Part shown: in pieces, positions 9,978 to 18,143 of the stretch
Layout of the letters: the number at the start of each line of letters is the position of its first letter
Position numbering within the stretch: position 1 is the stretch's first letter
From: Candidatus Rokuibacteriota bacterium
Lineage (GTDB): Bacteria > Methylomirabilota > Methylomirabilia > Rokubacteriales > CSP1-6
Reading direction: 5' to 3'
Length of the DNA stretch: 31,520 nucleotides
NCBI GenBank assembly: GCA_016184305.1
Contig: JACPCX010000115.1
Span: 1 to 31,520 of the forward strand
The notes under the pieces: generated by a model
The model's input: only the letters and a program-made list of their open reading frames with translations
Databases searched by the model: none
Told to the model about the DNA's origin: nothing
Made by a program: the position numbers and the translations under genes

Positions 9978-10724
9978 TTCTCCGATCTGCGGGCGACGCT
10001 CTCCCGCGCGCTCGAGTCCGACGTCTGGGGCGTCGTGGCGGTGGGCTGCGACCCGCAGAGCAATGCGCGGACGCTCGAAGCTGTCGCCGCCAACGGCAAG
10101 GCCGTATGGCCCGCGCTGGGCTTCCACCCGGAGTGGGCCCATCTCACCGACGAGGAGCTGGCCCAGGTCGAGGAGCAGGTGATCGCGAACCATTCCAGGC
10201 TCGTGGCGCTGGGGGAGGTGGGGCTTCCCTGGTACAACCTGGAAGGGGCCGCGGACGCGGCCTCTCTCATGATGCGCGGGCGAGAGCGGCTCGGGCGGCT
10301 CCTCGGTCTCGCCACGCGCTTCGACCTGCCGGTGGTGATCCACGCTCCGCACGGCGCGGCGGTGGGGGCGCTCGAGGCGCTCAAGGCGGCCGGCGTGGAG
10401 CGCGCGGTGTTCCACTGGCACAAGGCGCCGCAGGAGGTGACCCGCGCCATCCTGGACGCGGGCTACTTCGTCTCGGTCACGCCGGAGGTGGTGTACCGGG
10501 AGCGCGACCGCGAGCTCGTGCAGTGGGTGCCGCTGGATTCGCTGCTCGTGGAGAGCGACGGGCCGTGGCCGTACAGGGGCGAGTTCGAGGCTCTGGCCTC
10601 GGGGCCGTGGCTTGTCTCCCGCGTGGCGGAAGAGGTGGCCAAGATCAAGCGGCTTCCCGTCGACGAAACCATGTACCGGCTCTCCGTCAATGCCTGCCAG
10701 CTCTTCGATCTCATCTGGGCCTAG
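9885..10724 (+). CDS. tatD: TatD-family hydrolase lacking the N-terminal HxH motif; start uncertain, possibly a pseudogene
   Basis: GFHP, ALGEVGL, VVIH, VFHW and LLVESDGP motifs. TatD similarity begins at about 9978 (FSDLRATLSRA); the preceding 31 codons come from repeat B. Confidence 0.75.
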   Translation: MRSPRLRLGSPSGVRLACGRRAPPRIWTFLSFSDLRATLSRALESDVWGVVAVGCDPQSNARTLEAVAANGKAVWPALGFHPEWAHLTDEELAQVEEQVIANHSRLVALGEVGLPWYNLEGAADAASLMMRGRERLGRLLGLATRFDLPVVIHAPHGAAVGALEALKAAGVERAVFHWHKAPQEVTRAILDAGYFVSVTPEVVYRERDRELVQWVPLDSLLVESDGPWPYRGEFEALASGPWLVSRVAEEVAKIKRLPVDETMYRLSVNACQLFDLIWA

Positions 10725-10752
10725 CCTCGGCGCAGCAGTGAGCGCAGCGGTG

Positions 10753-11481
10753 ATGGCCGAGCGCTTCAGCGTCGGCGTGGGGGGCGCGGAAGTGGTCGGC
10801 GTCCTCCATCGGCCTCGGCTTCATGAGCCGAGCCCCTGCGTCGTGGCCTGCCACGGCATGGGCGCTTCCAAGGACAGCGACAAGTATCTCCTCCTCGCGC
10901 GCGAGCTGCCGCCCGCGGGCCTGGCGCTGGTGCGCTTCGACTTCCGCGGCAGTGGCGAGTCCGGCGGAGCCTGCCAGGGCGCGACGGTGGCGAGCCGCAT
11001 CGCCGATCTCGAGGCCGTGCTCGCCCACCTCGGCGGGCACCCGCACCTCGATGGCCGCTTCGGGTTGCTTGGCTCGAGCCTCGGCGGCTTCGTCGCGCTC
11101 TGGGTAGCCTCACGGCAGCAGCCACCAGGCGCCGTGGTCACCTGGAACGCGCCGGCCAATCTCCTGGACCTCGCGTCCGGGCAAGGATCGGAGGCCCCCG
11201 GTCCTTCGCCGGCGCTGATCGCGGAGGTGCGCGCGGGTCGCCACGCCGAAGCCCCTGCGGGCGTCCGCCGCGTCCTCGTCATCCAGGGCGACCACGACGA
11301 GGTCGTGCCGCCGGCCCACGGCCGGGCGCTCTTCGAGCGCGCCCGTGTGCCGCGGGAGCTGTGCATGATCGAGGGCGCCGACCACCGATTGTCCGAGCCG
11401 CTCCACCGGCTCCAGGCCCTCGAGCGCAGCCGCGAGTGGTTTCTCCGCTACCTGGGCGGCACCCGCGTCTCCGGTTCGTAA
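10753..11481 (+). CDS. Alpha/beta-fold hydrolase
   Basis: CHG, RFDFRGSGES, GSSLGG nucleophile elbow, GDHDEVVP and GADH. Start is ATG 10753 or GTG 10738. Confidence 0.88.
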   Translation: MAERFSVGVGGAEVVGVLHRPRLHEPSPCVVACHGMGASKDSDKYLLLARELPPAGLALVRFDFRGSGESGGACQGATVASRIADLEAVLAHLGGHPHLDGRFGLLGSSLGGFVALWVASRQQPPGAVVTWNAPANLLDLASGQGSEAPGPSPALIAEVRAGRHAEAPAGVRRVLVIQGDHDEVVPPAHGRALFERARVPRELCMIEGADHRLSEPLHRLQALERSREWFLRYLGGTRVSGS

Positions 11482-11630
11482 AAAGCCTCCCGCGTCGCCT
11501 GATCCGCGCCCCCCAGGGGGAATCCTCGATCAACCCCGTCTCACGGCCGGCCTCGACCCTGGGGGCTTGCGGCCGCTCCTTGACCCGGGCGGCAGCGTTC
11601 CTGTAGCGTCCTGGCATGGGTCGCTGCGGC

Positions 11631-12410
11631 TCACCGGAACACCCACATGATGACGACCCCCAGGGCGCAGCGGTAGATGACGAAGGGCAGGAGCGAGCGG
11701 CGTTGCAGGAAGTTGACGAGGAACCACACCGCCGCGAGCCCCGCCAGGAAGGACGTGAGCACTCCCATGCCGAGGGGGCCCAGGAGCGCCGGATCGAGTC
11801 CGTGCCCGAGCAGCTTGAGCGCGCTGTAGCCGCCCGCCGCGGCGGTGATCGGGATGCTGAGCAGGAACGCGAAGCGCGCGGACGTCACGCGGCTCATGCC
11901 GGCGAAGAGCCCGGTCGTGATCGTGATCCCCGAGCGAGAGGTGCCGGGGATCAGCGCGATGGCCTGCGCGACGCCGACGGCCATTCCCGCGAGCCAGCGC
12001 ACGTCGGCCGGCGCCTGGGTGAGCTGGCGGCGGCGTGAAGCCTGGCGGTCCGCGATCCACATGACGAGGGCCCAGACGATGAGGGAGACGGCCACGACCA
12101 TGGGGCTCCGGAGGCGCGTCTCGATGGCCGTGCCCAGGAGGAGCCCCGCCAGTCCCGCGGGCACGGTGGCGGCGGCGAGCAGCACGGCGAGGCGCCGGTC
12201 GGTCCCGAGCGCCATCTCCACGAGGTCTCGCCGGAAGTAGACCAGCAGCGCGGCGAGCGTGCCGAGGTGGATGGCCGCGTCGAAGGCGAGTCCCTCGTCC
12301 TGCCAGCCCAGCAGGCGCGGGATCAGGATCAGGTGGCCGGAGGAGGAAACCGGAAGGAACTCGGTGAGCCCCTGGATGATCCCCAGCACCGCGCTCTGGA
12401 AGTAGGTCAC
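11631..12410 (-). CDS. uppP: Undecaprenyl-diphosphate phosphatase UppP (BacA)
   Basis: GIIQGLTEFLPVSSSGHL and PGTSRSG motifs; start GTG 12410 (VTYFQSAVLG). Confidence 0.95.
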   Translation of the reverse strand: MTYFQSAVLGIIQGLTEFLPVSSSGHLILIPRLLGWQDEGLAFDAAIHLGTLAALLVYFRRDLVEMALGTDRRLAVLLAAATVPAGLAGLLLGTAIETRLRSPMVVAVSLIVWALVMWIADRQASRRRQLTQAPADVRWLAGMAVGVAQAIALIPGTSRSGITITTGLFAGMSRVTSARFAFLLSIPITAAAGGYSALKLLGHGLDPALLGPLGMGVLTSFLAGLAAVWFLVNFLQRRSLLPFVIYRCALGVVIMWVFR

Positions 12411-12436
12411 GGGCGGCCCCGCGCCGGCCGCGGAGC

Positions 12437-12613
12437 CTAGTGCGCGTCCAACGAGTTTCGCCTGCACCCCGCGGGCGCCCGCAGGGTGCCGGCCCAAATG
12501 ACGAGCCAGACGAGGCCCGAGGGAGGCGCCGGCCGGAGGCGTACGTGGGTGTACGTCGAGGACCGGCGCCGACCGAGAACGAAGTATGGCGAAGTTAGTT
12601 GGGCCGGCACTAG
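12437..12613. repeat. CTAG-bounded palindromic MITE-like element (copy E)
   Basis: 25-nt terminal inverted repeats (19/25 match), a perfect inner 12-bp IR (12486-12497 / 12599-12610), and a central GAGGCGTAC-N6-GTACGTCGAG hairpin. The right CTAG is the stop codon of the SDR gene. Confidence 0.75.
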
Positions 12614-13428
12614 CCCGTGATCTCTTCGCCGCCATCCACGCCGATGACGTTCCCGGTGATCCAGTACGTGTCGGGATGGGACAGCACCACGATGGCGCGC
12701 GCCACGTCGTCCGTCGTCGTCATCCGGCGGTGCGGATTGCGCTCGACGGCCCGCCGGGAGAACTCCTCGTAGTTCGGGATCTTCTTGGCCGCGGGTGTGG
12801 CGGTGACGCCGGCGCGAATGGAGTTCGCCGTGATGTCGCGCGGGGCGAGCTCGGCGGCGAGCTGGCGGATGTTCGACTCGAGCGACGCCTTGGCGGCGGA
12901 GACCGGGCCGTAGAAGGGGAGGACGCGGGCGCCGCCGGCGGAGGTCATGGCGAAGATCCGGCCGCCCTCGGCCATGAGGCCGCGCCCGACGATCTCCTGC
13001 GCCCAGTAGATGAGGCTGTGGGCCATCACGTCCAGCGTCATGTCCATCTGCGCCTTCGTGACGGCTTCCTTCATCGGGTCGGCCATGAAGAGCTTGAGCG
13101 TGCCGAAGGCGAGGGAGTGGAGCATCACGCGGAGCCGCCCCAGATCGCCGCGTTCCTTCAGCACCTGCTCCATCGTGGCGGCCACCTCGGCGCGCTTGTC
13201 CTCGTCGGCCGCGTTGACGTTGAAGAAGTGGGCCTCGCGGCCCAGCGCGCGGATCGCGCCCACGATGCGCTCGACGTTAGGCAGCGTGCCCTTCCGGTCC
13301 AGATGCACGCCGAAGATGTTCATGCCCGCGCGCGCCAAGGCCAGGCTCGTCGCCTCGCCGAAGCCGGACGATGCCCCCAGGATCAGGGCCCAGCCGCGAA
13401 GCGTGATGCGGGAGGCGTCGTCGGTCAT
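12610..13428 (-). CDS. SDR oxidoreductase, enoyl-ACP reductase-like (FabL/FabI type)
   Basis: LGASSGFG, HSLAFG, Y-x6-K catalytic spacing (YGPVSAAK), ITGNVIGVDGG; AGGAG RBS. Confidence 0.85.
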   Translation of the reverse strand: MTDDASRITLRGWALILGASSGFGEATSLALARAGMNIFGVHLDRKGTLPNVERIVGAIRALGREAHFFNVNAADEDKRAEVAATMEQVLKERGDLGRLRVMLHSLAFGTLKLFMADPMKEAVTKAQMDMTLDVMAHSLIYWAQEIVGRGLMAEGGRIFAMTSAGGARVLPFYGPVSAAKASLESNIRQLAAELAPRDITANSIRAGVTATPAAKKIPNYEEFSRRAVERNPHRRMTTTDDVARAIVVLSHPDTYWITGNVIGVDGGEEITG

Positions 13429-13542
13429 CGCGAAGTCTCCTCTCGGGACGAGTCGGGGAGCGTCATGGCGGCGTTGATCTTATCACCTTCTCCTCCGGCG
13501 GGCCTACTTCGGCCGCGCATCGCCGTGCTACCATGGATCGCC

Positions 13543-14274
13543 ATGGCGAAGACCGCGGGCATCATCCTCATCGGTAACGAGCTCCTCTCCGGGAAGGTCG
13601 TGGACGAGAACGCGTCGTATCTCTGCCGGGAGCTGCGCGGGCTGGGTGTGACGGTGCGGAAGATCACCGTCATCCCAGACGAGGTGGATCTCATTGCCGC
13701 CGAGGTCGCCCCGCAGAGCCGGGCCTTCGATGTGGTCTTCACCTCCGGCGGCGTGGGGCCCACCCACGACGACGTGAGCATCGAGGGCGTCGCGCGGGGC
13801 CTGGGCGTTCGGGTCGTGCGCGACCCGCACCTCGCGGACCTGCTGCAAGGTTTCTACAAGGGCCGGCTCACCGAGGCGCGGCTCAAGATGGCCGAGGTGC
13901 CCGAGGGCGCGGAGCTCGCGGGCGGGACCCGGCTCGTGTTCCCCGCCGTGGTGATCCGGAACATCTACGTGCTGCCCGGGGTTCCGGAGATCTTCCGTCA
14001 GAAGTTCGAGGCGCTGAAGGAGCGTTTCCGGGAGTCCCCGTTCTTTCTGACGAGCGTATTCGTCAGCATGGGCGAGGGGACCCTCGCCGACTATCTGAAC
14101 GAGCTGCTGCGGCGCCACCCCGACGTGATGCTCGGCTCGTATCCCGAGTTCTCCAACCCCGAGTACAAGGTCAAGGTGACGCTCGAGTCCAAGGATCGCG
14201 AGCTGATGGAGCGCGCCGTCGCCGAGCTCCTCGGCGATCTGCCGTCGGACGCCGTGGTCCGCGTCCAGCGCTGA
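13543..14274 (+). CDS. CinA N-terminal-like molybdopterin-binding domain protein
   Basis: IGNELLSGKVVDEN, FTSGGVGPTHDD and LPGVP motifs; no C-terminal PncC domain. Confidence 0.88.
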   Translation: MAKTAGIILIGNELLSGKVVDENASYLCRELRGLGVTVRKITVIPDEVDLIAAEVAPQSRAFDVVFTSGGVGPTHDDVSIEGVARGLGVRVVRDPHLADLLQGFYKGRLTEARLKMAEVPEGAELAGGTRLVFPAVVIRNIYVLPGVPEIFRQKFEALKERFRESPFFLTSVFVSMGEGTLADYLNELLRRHPDVMLGSYPEFSNPEYKVKVTLESKDRELMERAVAELLGDLPSDAVVRVQR

Positions 14275-14328
14275 CGGGGCGAACCCGGGCGGTCCTGACC
14301 GCTCTCGCCGCGCGCGCCGATCACGCCG

Positions 14329-16062
14329 ATGAGCATGAAGATCCTCCTGGGTGTCGCGCTGGTCGCCGCCGCCCTGTTCCTGGGGGGCCTGGGGCAACCG
14401 CCCTTCGTGGACCCGCCCGAGGGATTCCACGCCGCCATCGCGCGGGACATGCTCCATCTCGGGGACTGGGTCACGCCCCACGTCAACGGGGTGCGCTACT
14501 TCGACAAGCCCGCGCTGCTCTACTGGCTCATGGCGGGTGCCTTCGCCCTCCTCGGCGTCAGCGAGGGCGCGGCCCGGCTGCCCTCGGCGCTGCCGGCCAT
14601 CGGCGTGGCCGTGGCGACCGCCTGGCTCGGGCTGCGGCTGGGCTCCCTCCGCCTCGGTCTCGTGGCGGGGCTCATCGTGGCGGCCAACCTCGAGATCTTC
14701 CTCTTCGCGCGGCTCGTCAAGCCGGACCTGCTCTTCGTGTTGTTCATCCTGCTGGCCTTCGGGGCGTTCATCGAGGCGTATACGGGTGGCGGCAGGCGCT
14801 GGCTTCTCGTCTGCGCTGTGAGCCTGGCCCTCGCGGTGCTCGCCAAGGACGTCCTGGGCGCGCTCGGCCCGCTGGCCGTGATCGCGCTCTTCCTCGTGCT
14901 GGTGCGGGAGCGCGACGTCGCCGCGCGCTTCGTCCCGTGGGCCGGGGTGGCGATCTTCCTGGCCGTGGCCCTGCCCTGGTACCTGCTCGTGGAGTGGAGC
15001 AACCGTGGGTTCCTCTGGTACACCGTCGTGGACAATCACGTGCTGAACTTCACCCGGAGCCGGGTGTTTCCCGATGAGGACGTGCCGCTGTCGGCGCTGG
15101 AGTTCGTGGGCGTGACGGCGGCCGGCTTCTTTCCGTGGAGCCTCGCGCTGCCCTGGGCGGTGTGGCGGGGACTCCGCGATCCCAGGGACAACCCGTGGGC
15201 GCGGCCCTGGCTTCTGCTGGCGCTCTGGACCGTGGTGGTTCTCGGCTTCTTCACGCTGTCCCCGTTCAAGCTACCGCATTACGGGCTCCCGGCGTTCCCG
15301 GCCATGGCGCTCCTCGTGGCGAAGCTCTGGGAGGACGTGCTGGACCGAGCGCCGGGGGCGCCCTCCCCGCGGACGCTCCTCTTGCCGGCGGCGGTGTTGC
15401 TCCTCGCCCTGGCCGCCGTCTCCTTCCTGGCCTGGCAGGGGCGGCTCCCGCTTCCCGGGGGAGCGCCCCTCACGGTGGATCTGGCCGCGAGGAACATGGC
15501 TGCGCGGGGCGGGCACGAGATGCCCTTCATGCCGCTCCTGCAGCTCCGGCCCGTCTTCGGCTGGCTGGCGCTGATCTTCGGCCTCGGCGGCCTGGGCGCG
15601 GCGCTGGGTCTCGCCCTGCGGCGCCCGATGGTCGGGCTCGGCGCTCTCCTCGCCACCATGATCGCCTTCCTGCCCGTCACGGTGGAAGGGTTCGCGCTCT
15701 TCGCCGAGAGCCGCTCGGTCCGGACCCTGGCCGAGGCCATCGCGCTGCGGGCGAATCCCCTGGACGTGCTGGCCCACGAAGGAGCCCTCGAGAACAGCGC
15801 CTCGTGGCTCCTGAGCCTCGACCGGCCGGTCGCCATCGTGAACGGGCTGCAGTCCAATCTCGCGTTCGGCGCGACCTTTCCCGAGGCGCGGGAGGTGTTC
15901 TGGGACGCTCGCCGGCTGCGGGAGGTGTGGCGGGGAGAGCGGCGGGTCTTCCTGCTGTCGGCCGCGGGCCCGGAGCAGAGCGTGATGCGCGACCTTCCGC
16001 CGGCGGAGGTGCACCTCCTGGCCCACACCGGGGGCCGCTGGCTCTACTCGAACCGACCCTGA
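14329..16062 (+). CDS. ArnT/PMT-like (GT-C fold) membrane glycosyltransferase
   Basis: D..EG..A..AR.M...GDW.TP..NG..YFDKP.L.YW, ARLPSAL, ALPWY and KLPHY motifs; many TM segments. Confidence 0.9.
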   Translation: MSMKILLGVALVAAALFLGGLGQPPFVDPPEGFHAAIARDMLHLGDWVTPHVNGVRYFDKPALLYWLMAGAFALLGVSEGAARLPSALPAIGVAVATAWLGLRLGSLRLGLVAGLIVAANLEIFLFARLVKPDLLFVLFILLAFGAFIEAYTGGGRRWLLVCAVSLALAVLAKDVLGALGPLAVIALFLVLVRERDVAARFVPWAGVAIFLAVALPWYLLVEWSNRGFLWYTVVDNHVLNFTRSRVFPDEDVPLSALEFVGVTAAGFFPWSLALPWAVWRGLRDPRDNPWARPWLLLALWTVVVLGFFTLSPFKLPHYGLPAFPAMALLVAKLWEDVLDRAPGAPSPRTLLLPAAVLLLALAAVSFLAWQGRLPLPGGAPLTVDLAARNMAARGGHEMPFMPLLQLRPVFGWLALIFGLGGLGAALGLALRRPMVGLGALLATMIAFLPVTVEGFALFAESRSVRTLAEAIALRANPLDVLAHEGALENSASWLLSLDRPVAIVNGLQSNLAFGATFPEAREVFWDARRLREVWRGERRVFLLSAAGPEQSVMRDLPPAEVHLLAHTGGRWLYSNRP

Positions 16063-16642
16063 CGGCCGCCGCGAGGAGGCGTGACCCATCCGGGCCATGC
16101 TCGGGGCCGCCGGCCTCGAGAGCGGGATGCGGTCGAGGGCCACGGGCCCGCCGGCGAGAGCGCCGTCACGGTGTTTGCCTGCGCGCGCCCGAACGGCGAC
16201 CATCGCCGGCGGCGGCCCCTGGAGGGCCGACATCCGGGGGGTCCTGACTCTGCATGCCTGGCGGAGCCTGGCGGACCTCCATGGCATCGCCAAGGTGCCA
16301 GGAGCCCTCCCGGCGGCCGCCGCAACCAAAGTGGTTCATGCCGTCGCGGGGCCGGATGATATCCTGGCCGTGGGCGCCGGGGCGCGACCGGTGGGTATTC
16401 CGCCCTGTGCCCAGGCTGGACGGGACGTCAGCGCCTGCCGGCGGCGGCGCGGGCCATCCGGGAAAGGACGGCAGAGCCATGGCAGTTCGCATCTTCCACC
16501 CAACCGACTCGAAGCAGGCCCACGTGGCGGTGGCCGGCAGCGGCGCCTGAGAGGCCCGCTCGCCGGGCGGTGTGCTCACCGGAATTTCGCTGGAGCGGCG
16601 GTGCGCGCCTGCGGTGATCGCCGTCGTGCTGACGAGGCTTCC

Positions 16643-17341
16643 GTGAGATCGGCCGCGTACCGGCTGAAGGGCGATCCCCACTCGAGCCACGCGCTGATCC
16701 TGGCCGCGCTGGGCGAGGGGGACGGCCGGCGGGTGCTCGACGTGGGAGCCGCCGACGGCTTCCTGGCGGCTGAGCTCACGGCGCGAGGCTGGCAGGTGAC
16801 GGCGCTCGAGCGCGACCCCGCCCGGGCGGCCGCGGCGCGCGGGAAGTGCCGGGAGGTGGTGGTGGTGGATCTCGAGCGGGAGACGCCCCCGCTCGATGGG
16901 CCCTTCGTGGCGGCCGTGTACGGCGATGTGCTCGAGCACCTCAGCGATCCCCTGGCGGTGATGCGAAGGCTCAACCGCCTCCTCGCCCCGGGAGCGGTCG
17001 TGATCGTCTCGGTGCCCAACGTGGCGCACTTCTGGGTGCGCCTGTCGCTCCTCTTCGGGCGCTTCGAGTACGCCGAGCGCGGCATCCTCGACGGCACCCA
17101 CCTTCGCTTCTTCACGCGGCGCACCTTCCTCGAGCTCCTGGCCCTGGCGGGGCTCGAGCTGCGCGCTCTCCGGGTGACGCCAGTGCCGTTGCCGCTGGTG
17201 GTGCCGGAGCGGCTCCACGGCGCCTGGCTCCGGGCGCTGCACGGGCTGTCGGCTGCCGCCGCGCGTTGCTGGAAGAACGGGCTGGGGTATCAGTTCGTGG
17301 CCGTCTGCTCGGTTGCTCGCACGGTGCAAGGCGCGAGATAG
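16643..17341 (+). CDS. Class I SAM-dependent methyltransferase (polysaccharide-cluster type)
   Basis: VLDVGAADG, GDVLEHL, SVPNVAH and GILD.THLRFFT motifs. Start inferred at GTG 16643. Confidence 0.88.
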   Translation: MRSAAYRLKGDPHSSHALILAALGEGDGRRVLDVGAADGFLAAELTARGWQVTALERDPARAAAARGKCREVVVVDLERETPPLDGPFVAAVYGDVLEHLSDPLAVMRRLNRLLAPGAVVIVSVPNVAHFWVRLSLLFGRFEYAERGILDGTHLRFFTRRTFLELLALAGLELRALRVTPVPLPLVVPERLHGAWLRALHGLSAAAARCWKNGLGYQFVAVCSVARTVQGAR

Positions 17342-18136
17342 ATGCCGCAGCCCAAGGTCGTCGTGGTCATGCCCGCCTACAACGCCGGGCGGACGCTCAG
17401 GATGACCTACGAGGAGCTGCCGAAGGACTCCGTCAACCTGGTCATCCTGGTGGACGACGGCTCCACCGACGCCACCCGCGAGATCGCGCGCCAGCTGGGG
17501 CTCGAGGTCTTCGTCCACGACAGGAACTACGGCTACGGGGCGAACCAGAAGACCTGCTACACCGAGGCGCTCAAGGCCGGGGCCGAGATCGTGGTGATGG
17601 TGCACCCGGATTACCAGTACGATCCCACGCTCGTGCCCAAGATCATCGAGCCCATCGTGCGCGGCGAGGCCGAGCTGGTGCTGGGCTCTCGCCTCAAGGG
17701 GGGCGGCTCCGCGATCCAGCAGGGGATGCCCTGGTGGAAGTACCTCGCCAACCGGGCGTTGACCTGGGTGGAGAACCGGGCCTTCGGGCTCGACCTGTCG
17801 GAGTTCCACACGGGCTACCGCGCCTTCCACAGGGACGCGCTCGAGGCCGTGAACTTCAGGATGAACTCCGACGGTTTCGTCTTCGACCAGGAGATCATCG
17901 CCCAGGCGGTGGCGGGCGCCTTCCGCATCGCCGAGATCCCCGTGCCGGTCCGCTACTTCCCCGAGGCGTCCTCCGCGAGCTTCTCCGACTCCTGCATCTA
18001 CGGCTTGAAGATCCTCTGGGTCGTGGCCCGTTACCTCCTCCACCGGTCCGGTCTCAAGCGCTCGCGCCGCCTCCAGACGATCCGCGGACGGTACACGCGG
18101 CTCCCGGGGCAGCACGGGGGGCCGCCCGGCGCCTGA
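17342..18136 (+). CDS. GT2 glycosyltransferase, polyprenol-phosphate glycosyltransferase (DPM/ArnC-like)
   Basis: VVMPAYN, VDDGSTD, NYGYG, HPDYQY, GSR and TGYRAF motifs. Confidence 0.92.
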   Translation: MPQPKVVVVMPAYNAGRTLRMTYEELPKDSVNLVILVDDGSTDATREIARQLGLEVFVHDRNYGYGANQKTCYTEALKAGAEIVVMVHPDYQYDPTLVPKIIEPIVRGEAELVLGSRLKGGGSAIQQGMPWWKYLANRALTWVENRAFGLDLSEFHTGYRAFHRDALEAVNFRMNSDGFVFDQEIIAQAVAGAFRIAEIPVPVRYFPEASSASFSDSCIYGLKILWVVARYLLHRSGLKRSRRLQTIRGRYTRLPGQHGGPPGA

Positions 18137-18143
18137 TCGTCTC

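Noticed and set aside
11485..11600. 6S RNA, SRP RNA or HEARO/omega-RNA assignment
   Set aside because: No SRP GGAA-loop motif, only superficial resemblance to the others, and no IscB/TnpB or usual 6S neighbours. Kept as an unassigned structure.
16450..16485. c-di-GMP-I/cGAMP riboswitch-like CCATCC...GGACGGCAGAGCC
   Set aside because: Lacks the conserved AAA-containing P2 entry, the linker and the P3 tetraloop receptor.
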